A DNA stretch of 64,000 nucleotides from IMG/VR virus record IMGVR_UViG_3300045988_056900, one strand, 5' to 3'. A program made the position numbers and the translations under genes. Positions 56,223 through 64,000 of this stretch are shown here, piece by piece. This DNA is from a virus. Every line of letters begins with the position of its first letter. The stretch's first letter is position 1. The notes under the pieces are model-generated. The model did not search any database. It saw nothing but the letters and a program-made list of their open reading frames with translations, and was not told the DNA's origin.

Positions 56223-56591
56223 TCAACTATCATCCTCATAAGCTGGCGAGTCTCTGCCCTTAGTAGTATGACCACTAACTAATGCGTCTGATAATACTTC
56301 GGATGGATATGAAATGTAACTCATTACTCCTGACTGGCATGTAGTCTCTGTCACTAAAACTACTGGTAATGTGCAATCCATATCCGTATTATCTACGGTA
56401 TTAATTAGCTGGATAATAGAAGCTGTAGTATCATTTTTAGTAAAATGATTTACAGCCTCTTTACCCAACATACCTACTAATAGACCAGCTAATATAGTGA
56501 ATAGAAATACCCACCACATTTTTGTGGAACGCATAGCGCGTGCTAATACTGCTCCAAATAGAAGCAATACTAAAATCCATGTTGCTGACAT
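56223..56591 (-). CDS. Two-TM membrane protein immediately downstream of the sigma factor (possible anti-sigma)
   Basis: WILVLLLFGAVLA and WWVFLFTILAGLLVGML helices. Lies 11 nt after the sigma gene. Confidence 0.7.
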   Translation of the reverse strand: MSATWILVLLLFGAVLARAMRSTKMWWVFLFTILAGLLVGMLGKEAVNHFTKNDTTASIIQLINTVDNTDMDCTLPVVLVTETTCQSGVMSYISYPSEVLSDALVSGHTTKGRDSPAYEDDS

Positions 56592-56602
56592 AATTAGTAA
56601 AT

Positions 56603-57178
56603 TTAATCTGTTAATAATTCTTTTAGTTTCTCTCTTGCCTTATTAAGGCGTGATTTAACTTGAGACTCTGTGAGTCCAAGATGCTCTGAAATCTGTTTGT
56701 AAGACAGATTTTGTATAGAGCGTAGTTCAATTATATTCCTATACTTCCAACGAAGTCGCGACAAGGCATTATCTAGAGCATCACTTTTCTCTGAGAAGAT
56801 ATAATCTTCTTCAGGTGAATAACTGGCCTGGCTACTCAACTGCAGAGAGTTGGCATCGTCGTCAATCCAATAGTTCGCTTTTTCCTTTTTAGTATGTCGA
56901 ATATAATCAATACTAGTATTTATTGCAATAGTTTTTAACCACATCTCAAATGAGATATTGTTTATATAACTATCTAGCTTACTAAAAGCTTTAGTAAAAG
57001 TAACTGATAATAAATCATCAGCTACATCTTTATTATTTACAATATAATAAATTGTATTATAAATAATCTTACTAAAACGATTATAAAGCCTTGTGAAGGC
57101 AGATTGTTTACCTTCTTTTGCCTGTTTGATCAGTTCGAAAATCTGTTGCTTTTCTAAATCTGTCATAATTACGGGCAT
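56603..57178 (-). CDS. ECF-type sigma-70 family RNA polymerase sigma factor
   Basis: Region-2-like DVADDLLSVTFTKAFSKLDSY...WLKTIAINTSIDYIR and region-4 HTH LSYKQISEHLGLTESQVKSRLNKAREKL. Confidence 0.8.
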   Translation of the reverse strand: MPVIMTDLEKQQIFELIKQAKEGKQSAFTRLYNRFSKIIYNTIYYIVNNKDVADDLLSVTFTKAFSKLDSYINNISFEMWLKTIAINTSIDYIRHTKKEKANYWIDDDANSLQLSSQASYSPEEDYIFSEKSDALDNALSRLRWKYRNIIELRSIQNLSYKQISEHLGLTESQVKSRLNKAREKLKELLTD

Positions 57179-57302
57179 TTTGTGAGAGGTAATCGCTAGA
57201 GTATGTGCATATATATTACTGTTTTATTGAAGTAACTCTAAAGTTAATCTGGCACGTGGACTACTGTTATTCATCCTTTTTGCTTGACCTCTCTCGTTAG
57301 TA

Positions 57303-57330
57303 GTTATAGGGCCGATCAAAGCCCTATAAC
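57303..57330 (-). terminator. Hairpin GTTATAGGGC-(8 nt)-GCCCTATAAC directly after gene 57332..57688
   Basis: Perfect 10-bp stem. No U-tract follows. Confidence 0.45.
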
Positions 57331-57331
57331 C

Positions 57332-57688
57332 TTAAAATGGTAATCCTAGTTCATATCTACAGTGATACTCCATATAATCTTTTGAGAACTTTTGATAAGC
57401 ATCCCAAATACATTCCATAAATTCTCTTTTCATAGCTATAGATATTCTATTTGAAGAGAGTTTATTAACCATTCCGCATACTATTCTAATACGGACATCC
57501 AGAGTAAACTTAGTATCCTTACCAATTCTTTGAAGTATATTAGTATCAAACCAATATATTATGTGTCTAACAGATTCATGAGTTTTCTCTAAATTTGTAT
57601 AGACCCACCATGATGCTCTCCAATGAAATGATTGATATTGTTTACCCCACGGAGTATATACTCTGTTAGTAAGACTGTATAATACCAT
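57332..57688 (-). CDS. Hypothetical protein
   Basis: Intact 118-aa ORF. Confidence 0.7.
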   Translation of the reverse strand: MVLYSLTNRVYTPWGKQYQSFHWRASWWVYTNLEKTHESVRHIIYWFDTNILQRIGKDTKFTLDVRIRIVCGMVNKLSSNRISIAMKREFMECIWDAYQKFSKDYMEYHCRYELGLPF

Positions 57689-58136
57689 TTTCCTTTTTGA
57701 TTTCTCTAGCTATCTTGCATATTACAAGTTGTGCTTGTGCAGCTGACCAACCTGTCATACTCATGATATATACTTTAGTACTCATAGCACCTCTACCTGG
57801 AATAGAAGTATCTACTTTATACCTTTCTTTAAAAGTGTGATACATAGCATCATCAATGCTTGGCATCTTCGCACCACGCATAGAACGTAATTCTATGGGT
57901 AGTTGACATACATCTGATGATTCATAAGGATAAAACACATACATCTCTGGATGTGCATATATACTTTGAATCTCAAGAGATTCTTCCTTTACTTCTTTGA
58001 ATTTTGCTTTTTGAAAAGCATCATTCATAATAATCGCAGAAACTATCCTTAAATGAGGAGTTTCACCAACAACAATTGCTAGAAGTTCGATATCACTTCC
58101 AACCACTTGATATACGCCTGGTTCATTTAGTCTCAT
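57666..58136 (-). CDS. Hypothetical protein
   Basis: Intact 156-aa ORF in a chain of overlapping genes. Confidence 0.75.
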   Translation of the reverse strand: MRLNEPGVYQVVGSDIELLAIVVGETPHLRIVSAIIMNDAFQKAKFKEVKEESLEIQSIYAHPEMYVFYPYESSDVCQLPIELRSMRGAKMPSIDDAMYHTFKERYKVDTSIPGRGAMSTKVYIMSMTGWSAAQAQLVICKIAREIKKENGIIQSY

Positions 58137-58321
58137 GGTTTATTGATTTCTTTTTTAAAGTTATCTACTATACCAGATACTTGATCCATAGTTAGTTGTG
58201 GATATTTATCCATTACTTTACCTATTGCTTCAATATCTGATTTGCTTTCGTTCAACATTTTCTTGAACTCTCTCTCTTCTTGTCTGGAGTCAAACCAAAC
58301 CCACCAAGGTACTACGCGCAT
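58133..58321 (-). CDS. Small hypothetical protein
   Basis: 62-aa ORF with a 4-nt overlap to its downstream neighbour and a 10-nt overlap to its upstream neighbour. Confidence 0.6.
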   Translation of the reverse strand: MRVVPWWVWFDSRQEEREFKKMLNESKSDIEAIGKVMDKYPQLTMDQVSGIVDNFKKEINKP

Positions 58322-58590
58322 TGATATTCGTATTCTTTAATTTTGTTATTCAATAGCTCCCATTTTTCCTTGTCGATATCAGTTGCTTCTACTAAGTAGA
58401 TGATATCACAAGATGCTCTAAATACACCACGAATGTAGTTCATTCCCTCTTTATAATGATATTTGTTCTTATAAATTCTGGGAACATTTGCATGTAGACG
58501 AGTTATTAACTCTGTCTTCATTTTCAGTTCTGTTGCAGCTTTCTCCCATGATTCTGGTAAGTTCTGCCTAATAAAGTTCATTAATCCCAT
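58312..58590 (-). CDS. Small hypothetical protein
   Basis: Intact 92-aa ORF. Confidence 0.7.
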   Translation of the reverse strand: MGLMNFIRQNLPESWEKAATELKMKTELITRLHANVPRIYKNKYHYKEGMNYIRGVFRASCDIIYLVEATDIDKEKWELLNNKIKEYEYQCA

Positions 58591-58627
58591 TTCAAATTAA
58601 TTTATTGATTAAACTTAATTTAATTGT

Positions 58628-58686
58628 GGCATTAGAGGGAATCGAACCCTCTAACAGCTCTTACGTCTGATCTAGCCTGATATGCC
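58628..58686 (-). ncRNA. Divergent tRNA-like minihelix element (59 nt)
   Basis: GGCA...TGCC (4 bp) stacked on an 8-bp T-arm-like hairpin TTAGAGGG-TTCGATT-CCCTCTAA, giving a 12-bp minihelix equivalent, plus one internal arm with a 14-nt loop. Lies 37 nt upstream of ATG 58590. Confidence 0.4.
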
Positions 58687-59101
58687 TTACCACTTAGTTT
58701 TATATTTATTAAAATACTACGAGGCGACTGTCACTATTTCTAGCGCTAAAATCTATTTCACAACCCCATCATTAGTAACAGTTTCTCTTTAAATAAAGAG
58801 TTGTTAACCAGGATACTGTATGCTCCCCTGGGGATATCTCACGCTGCTAAGCGTGTATAATCCATTACATAACTTGTATTGCCAGTTATCTGCTTATTGA
58901 CCTATTCTACTTCACATTGTCGCAGTCAAATGCCTAGATGCCCCATTTAAAGTAGTACTCTTACAAAATTTAACTTATAGTTTGAGTACTACTCCCGATC
59001 TTCCTATCGCTGTTAATGAAAAAACTCTTAGAGAGAAATCGAAAATTAGCGTAAGATTTCTATACGGGCCTCTTATTATTCTTGCTTATTCCATTTTTTG
59101 T

Positions 59102-59157
59102 GGAGCATGAGGGAGTCGAACCCTCGTCCTAACGACTGATTCATAGACCTAACAGTC
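59102..59157 (-). ncRNA. tRNA 3'-half-like element
   Basis: GACTG-(14-nt loop TTAGGTCTATGAAT)-CAGTC-GTTAGGAC-GAGGG-TTCGACT-CCCTC-ATGCTCC. No adjacent 5' acceptor strand or D arm. Confidence 0.4.
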
Positions 59158-59788
59158 AATGAGTTTATAAGATTAATTGAAGTATAACTCGCGTACAGAA
59201 TTAAGCCATTCTTCCTGCTTTATTATTTAACACAGTTCACAGCACTCTCTACAGGTGAGCCTTCGTTATGTTATACAATATCCCTGCTATTTTTACAATT
59301 AATCTTATATTGTGACTAGGTAGGCGACCAAACCTACCTAGCCTATGGTCTTTTACGATATTTAAAGTATTCTCATACTATTAATGCCTTGATAACCTGT
59401 CTTGGAAGTATAGAATACTTTTCAGCTTCTATACGGCATGATGTCTAGCATCGCACTATTCCAAAAATGCCGACTTGATATCATAAGAATGCTATTGCAT
59501 AATATACTCAAAGAGTATAGAATCTGTATTTATATATTGCGCAATTTATATATACATCCTCATGATCTTAGGCACATGATCAGTGGCACGTTGTCATAAT
59601 GTCCTACTCTGGCATCGGTTGTATTACTACACCTTACACTTGTTGTATGCATGTCAATTCATGCATGAGCTGCATCTTCTGGTACTTAGCACATAAAATG
59701 TCATCACCACCTATTAGCTACTTTCTCTAGTTAGGTTATATAGTCAGTATTTCTACTGCTAAAACACTATACCTGGACTATGCGCGGA

Positions 59789-60253
59789 TTAAAGGGACAA
59801 CAGTTGTCCATCCCATCTCCAATCATAACGGGCTTTCGGGTACTGGTTAAGCAATTTGTTTTGCTGTTCCTGATACCATTTGTCAACTTCACGAAGAAGA
59901 TTGTTAGCCTCTTTGTAGAGCTCTTTACAATCCTTCAGGTAGTCTTCAATAGTGATGCCGCCGTTACGCAGTTTATCATCTTTTTCAGAGAACTTCTTCA
60001 AGTAATTGAGTTTGACCTCTTTTTCCTTGTCGGTCTTTTTCATACTCAAATAAGTTGCAAGACGAGTATACTCACTCTTCAAAGTTACGTCAATATGACG
60101 TTCCGTGAGCTCCTCTTTACGCTGTTTTGCAATCTTTTCAGCAGCAGCTTTTGCAACATCTTCTGTTACAGTTGAGCCATTGTTGATTACTTCTTCAATG
60201 TTCTCTGCTGATACTTTTGTAATATCAGCTACTTTTGCTTCTTCTTTTGTCAT
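59789..60253 (-). CDS. Hypothetical charged/coiled protein (more GC-rich)
   Basis: Intact 154-aa ORF with a shadow ORF opposite. Confidence 0.8.
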   Translation of the reverse strand: MTKEEAKVADITKVSAENIEEVINNGSTVTEDVAKAAAEKIAKQRKEELTERHIDVTLKSEYTRLATYLSMKKTDKEKEVKLNYLKKFSEKDDKLRNGGITIEDYLKDCKELYKEANNLLREVDKWYQEQQNKLLNQYPKARYDWRWDGQLLSL

Positions 60254-60300
60254 TTTTTGATAATGTTTAAAGATTGATACTATTGTTAATTAATCTCGAG

Positions 60301-60567
60301 TTATTTACTCTTCTTTTTTGCAAGATATTCTTTACGAAGACGTCTCTTGCGTTGGTTACATGATTCACGTTTACCTGCTTTGACAAGTTTACGATTCTCA
60401 TATGCCTGTTCTCTTTTCCAGCTATTTTCACGAATGAGCTGTAAATAGATAATCTCACGAGCTATATTAGCTTCTGCTTTAGCTTTATGAGCATTGATGC
60501 GTCCTTGAATTATCTCTTTTGACACACCTCTTTTTCTCATTTCTGAGATAATTCTTCTTTGTCCCAT
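60301..60567 (-). CDS. Small highly basic protein
   Basis: 88-aa ORF rich in K and R. Confidence 0.65.
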   Translation of the reverse strand: MGQRRIISEMRKRGVSKEIIQGRINAHKAKAEANIAREIIYLQLIRENSWKREQAYENRKLVKAGKRESCNQRKRRLRKEYLAKKKSK

Positions 60568-60776
60568 ATTTTTGATAATTTGGTTTTAGAATTAAAAAAA
60601 GAACTGTTCTGTATATTCCTATCTCTTATTCTACAGATAACCCCTATCCTTCTCTCCCTTTATCTGTAGATTTACAGATTGCCGTTGAATAGCCATTACA
60701 TAGTAATATGTATTAGGGTTTTGGTATATTTACAGTTCTTTCGGGTTGATTGGAATCCACCATACTAACAATTTAA

Positions 60777-61046
60777 TTAGTAATATAAATCAGGTAAATA
60801 AGGCTCTGGCGGAATCTTATTTACCATTTTTAAGTATTCATCGTAATGAAATATCTTTTTCCATTTTTCTAGTTCTTCATTACGCTTACGTAGAAGTCTT
60901 TCCTGATACGTAAGTTTTGTTGCCATTCTGAGTTTACACTCAAGATCACATTCACTACAGTCGATAATATTATCTTGTGTAGGACATTCGTTAGAAATTG
61001 AATTTGAAGTTTTCATGATCATCTCGACCAAATAAGTGTTTGACAA
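60777..61046 (-). CDS. Small Cys-rich hypothetical protein; start uncertain (alternative Met at 61022 or 61016)
   Basis: 89-aa ORF containing CPTQDNIIDCSECDLEC. Overlaps the upstream gene. Confidence 0.55.
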   Translation of the reverse strand: MSNTYLVEMIMKTSNSISNECPTQDNIIDCSECDLECKLRMATKLTYQERLLRKRNEELEKWKKIFHYDEYLKMVNKIPPEPYLPDLYY

Positions 61047-61404
61047 TCATAGGTTTACATATTCTTGCAAATTCTTTTGCTGTATCCCTGTCTTTGAATT
61101 CCAAGGAATTACCGACAGCAGCATAAGCACCAGCATGGCCGAGCTCATAGTGCGAACCAACAACGAGCAAGCCCGAAGATTTTCTATTATCTGTATAGTT
61201 CCAACCCCATATATAATACCTTATCTCTTTTGGATCTATTGTTGTAGGTTTCCAGCCTTCATTTAAAGCTTTTGCAACAGTTTCTAACTTGATGAAGTTC
61301 CTAGTTTCATCTGTTAATTTGTAACTTTTATAATTAGCTACAGGACGAAGACCTAGTATTTTACATGCGTCTTCATAAGGTTTCTCTTTACTTAACTTAA
61401 TCAT
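60991..61404 (-). CDS. Hypothetical protein
   Basis: Intact 137-aa ORF. Confidence 0.7.
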   Translation of the reverse strand: MIKLSKEKPYEDACKILGLRPVANYKSYKLTDETRNFIKLETVAKALNEGWKPTTIDPKEIRYYIWGWNYTDNRKSSGLLVVGSHYELGHAGAYAAVGNSLEFKDRDTAKEFARICKPMIVKHLFGRDDHENFKFNF

Positions 61405-61499
61405 GCCTTTTTGCGATTATAAGGTTCCATTTTCTTATGCTTAGGACGTTTTTTGTATTCCGTCTTAGTTTTTACTTCTTTCTCCTTATTCTTTCCCAT
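61401..61499 (-). CDS. Possible 32-aa basic micro-ORF
   Basis: MGKNKEKEVKTKTEYKKRPKHKKMEPYNRKKA. Its TGA overlaps the ATG at 61404 (ATGA). Confidence 0.4.
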   Translation of the reverse strand: MGKNKEKEVKTKTEYKKRPKHKKMEPYNRKKA

Positions 61500-61501
61500 A
61501 A

Positions 61502-61972
61502 TTAAAAGAGTTTTAATATACCATTGATCTCTTTCAAATAATATGGAATATTTGAAAGATGTTTAGCCTCAAGAACTTTCTTACAAGTAGGTTGTAATCT
61601 TCCAGCACTTATCAGATATTTAATTATATCTGTATTTTGCTGACGAATATCTGCATCATTGAGGAATCTTTTTACAAATTCTACTTTGAATAAACTTTCA
61701 TTGCTGAAGTTCACAGGATTACCTACTTTTGTGATAATATTATCACAGAATATAGATGTAAGTTCTTCAAGATTTGGTTCCTTAGCAGTCATTGTTTCTG
61801 CTTTTGATACTAATATTTTAGCTACATCAACATCTTCGAAATCAACAATCTTTAAATTGTCTGATTCTATTTTTATATGTTGAGTCATAGCATTAGCAAT
61901 GTCCCGAATGGTTATATCTTTACGGGCATTACTAACATAATCGCCTTCAAATAAAATTACTATTGCTTTCAT
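61502..61972 (-). CDS. Hypothetical protein
   Basis: Intact 156-aa ORF. Confidence 0.75.
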   Translation of the reverse strand: MKAIVILFEGDYVSNARKDITIRDIANAMTQHIKIESDNLKIVDFEDVDVAKILVSKAETMTAKEPNLEELTSIFCDNIITKVGNPVNFSNESLFKVEFVKRFLNDADIRQQNTDIIKYLISAGRLQPTCKKVLEAKHLSNIPYYLKEINGILKLF

Positions 61973-61974
61973 AA

Positions 61975-62223
61975 TTATTGATTAATTACTTTTATTTCTA
62001 TTTCATACTCATCTAATTCTGCCTTAATATCATCAGTAGATGATTCAGACTGAATTTCAAAATATGGACATAATTGAACTTCTTCACTTGGTTTGCTTCT
62101 AGCTATAGCTTTTGCTACAGATATAGGCATACCTAAGATTTTATTTAATGCTAACATATTAGCATAAAGATGACCAGTATGTAGAATCATACTAGTAATG
62201 TACCTTTTGGATTCCTTTTTCAT
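61975..62223 (-). CDS. Small hypothetical protein
   Basis: 82-aa ORF, 2 nt from its neighbour. Confidence 0.65.
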   Translation of the reverse strand: MKKESKRYITSMILHTGHLYANMLALNKILGMPISVAKAIARSKPSEEVQLCPYFEIQSESSTDDIKAELDEYEIEIKVINQ

Positions 62224-62701
62224 TTTTACATAGGCTTTAAAATTGTTAGTTAATAAATATGATGACGTCTGTATACAGCACTATATACAGAATAATTTAC
62301 CGCAGTGCTACGGAGATTTGAGACTAATACTATAAAGCAATAGCGCTCTATTGCACATCTGTTATTAAAGAAATCATTTCCACATATTACTATGTTTAAT
62401 TTAAACCCTCACATGTTTTAGGATTACTCCAGAGTACAAGCAGAAAAGGCTGTCAAACCTAATCTTATCACTCACCTGATTTTAACGTCCGCACGATCGT
62501 AGTATTTGCAATTATCAGTACTAATTAGAGTAATTGCCACCCTTCTTCTCCCGCTTAAAAATACTACTTACGCCCCACAGGCTTGTCATCTTCTGAAGAC
62601 TAGTCTATTCTCACGAACAAACTAGTTGTGTCGAAATTTTTAAACCATTTCTATGCAAAATGCTTCAAAAAACTGTAATAACTTGTTTTAATTATTACTC
62701 T

Positions 62702-63160
62702 CTAACGCCTTAGAGAATCACGAGGATTCTTCACAGAATCCATTGGGGTAATTATATCACGCTGAATAACTGCGCCTTTGAGTACATCTTTAAAATGCTC
62801 TTTGTTTGATTCATATATATAAACAATGTCACTATTCGACAATGATGTACCATGAGTCATAAGTATATCAATTAGAATAGCTTCAGGCATTGCTAAAAAT
62901 ATACTATCAATGCGCATTCCCTCTTTCACGTCTTCTCTAAATTTGAGAATTTCTTGTACCGTTGGTACATGTTCAACTGCTTTTGCAGTATCAATGCAAA
63001 CTGATTCGTCTTCCGACGTAACAATCTTAGCAATAGGTTCATGACACAGAAACACTATTACTCCAGTAGCGATTGCTAATGCAATGACTACTAATATCGT
63101 CCAAAAGCATCCATTAGACGATTTTCTTACTACAGGATATTGATTATCTTCCATACTCAA
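62702..63160 (-). CDS. Single-pass membrane protein
   Basis: TM segment CFWTILVVIALAIATGVIVFLC. Confidence 0.75.
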   Translation of the reverse strand: MSMEDNQYPVVRKSSNGCFWTILVVIALAIATGVIVFLCHEPIAKIVTSEDESVCIDTAKAVEHVPTVQEILKFREDVKEGMRIDSIFLAMPEAILIDILMTHGTSLSNSDIVYIYESNKEHFKDVLKGAVIQRDIITPMDSVKNPRDSLRR

Positions 63161-63342
63161 TCCTCCAGTTCATCTAGTAGTTCAGATACTACGGACGGAG
63201 TCTCGATGATATCGAACTTCTCACCGCATATTGATACTAAACTTCCGTTACTATTTCCACAGCAGTAATCTAATGATACTGATGTGAATGTTAACTCTTC
63301 TCCGTCCACTGTATGGACTGTAGCAGATCTTTTTTTTCCCAT
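63157..63342 (-). CDS. Small hypothetical protein
   Basis: 61-aa ORF with a 4-nt overlap downstream. The conserved ATTATCAAA leader lies upstream. Confidence 0.6.
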   Translation of the reverse strand: MGKKRSATVHTVDGEELTFTSVSLDYCCGNSNGSLVSICGEKFDIIETPSVVSELLDELED

Positions 63343-63368
63343 TTTGATAATGTTTTTAAAATTAATAA

Positions 63369-63698
63369 TTATTTAATAGTATCACCTACAAAGTATACAT
63401 TCATATATAAATAATCTGCAATATACGCTTTGTATTCATTTCCAGTAACAGGATTTACTAAACGTATTACATATGTATCTTCATCTTCTTGATATTTATC
63501 AGATACTACATAATGTTTAAACCTCATTTGCAAATCCACAAAACCATATGGATCTTTAGGCTCCCAGTTCTTTAGTATATAAATAATAACTACTATAGTT
63601 ACCATTACTACTAATAACTTGCTTGTTGAGTTAAGAATATTACTACTCCTTCTTATCATACTATTTGTTGATTTCCTTCCATAATTCAATTCCTTCAT
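63369..63698 (-). CDS. Single-pass membrane protein
   Basis: TM segment LLVVMVTIVVIIYIL. Confidence 0.7.
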   Translation of the reverse strand: MKELNYGRKSTNSMIRRSSNILNSTSKLLVVMVTIVVIIYILKNWEPKDPYGFVDLQMRFKHYVVSDKYQEDEDTYVIRLVNPVTGNEYKAYIADYLYMNVYFVGDTIK

Positions 63699-64000
63699 GT
63701 ATTACTAGGAAAACAACAGCAATTGCTCCTATAAATAGAAGTAAATTGAAAAATGTTGTCATTATTATTTAATTTGTTAATACTGTTAAATAATTTTAAA
63801 TACATTAGCTTCACATGCAAACTAGGAAGATTTGTTTTTAACATGTTACTAGACTCTATCACCACGATGAGGTTGTATTTATTGATAGAGAAGACTACTA
63901 CAACACCTTATTAGACTCGGATTTTACATGTAGTAGTCGGGGAATACGTGACAGGTATTAATATATATCAAATGTGTAACCATTTTCAATAAATAAGCCT

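Noticed and set aside
42609-59157. The tRNA 3'-end-like fragments could be attP sites of a temperate phage.
   Set aside because: No integrase, excisionase or repressor-like gene is visible in the 64 kb. There are five such elements and most sit just upstream of start codons, which does not fit a single attP. This cannot be fully excluded without host tRNA comparison.
1-64000. I searched for CRISPR arrays, rRNA genes and classical IS/transposase elements.
   Set aside because: No regularly spaced repeat-spacer pattern, rRNA-like conserved blocks or transposase-like ORFs were seen.

Overview
This window reads as a segment of a crAss-like (Crassvirales-type) Bacteroidota phage, organised as two convergent modules that meet at a bidirectional hairpin near 38.76 kb.

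(1) Plus strand, 2..38713: the late/virion module. It contains a LamG-type tail fibre, a diversity-generating retroelement (DGR), a holin-like lysis region, a free-standing GIY-YIG homing endonuclease, several large structural proteins, and a ~4450-codon giant virion protein. The giant protein carries an HExxH metallopeptidase motif and the DFDID motif of crAss virion RNA polymerases. Most of these genes only make sense if TAG is read as a sense codon, most likely Gln. The ORF-track fragments fall in one frame per gene, every interruption is TAG, and the true stops are TAA or TGA.

(2) Minus strand, 38781..63698: the early/replication module, which is almost free of in-frame TAG. It encodes a PD-(D/E)XK nuclease, an AAA+ ATPase, a DUF1064-like nuclease, a DnaG-like primase, SSB, a Sak4/RecA-like ATPase, a DnaB-like helicase, a family B DNA polymerase, an ECF-type sigma factor, and many small unknown proteins.

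The least explained content is in the minus-strand module:
- four ORF-free stretches in an otherwise tightly packed module (about 1.9-2.1 kb at 51589..53736, 1.2 kb at 58591..59788, 0.48 kb at 62224..62701, and 63699..64000 running off the window edge);
- a set of non-canonical tRNA-like elements lying just upstream of start codons;
- four ORFs ending in an ssrA-like -LAA;
- phased TTATCAGA repeat arrays.

I saw no rRNA, CRISPR array, integrase or clearly canonical tRNA by eye. All calls come from manual reading only; no searches or folding programs were run.
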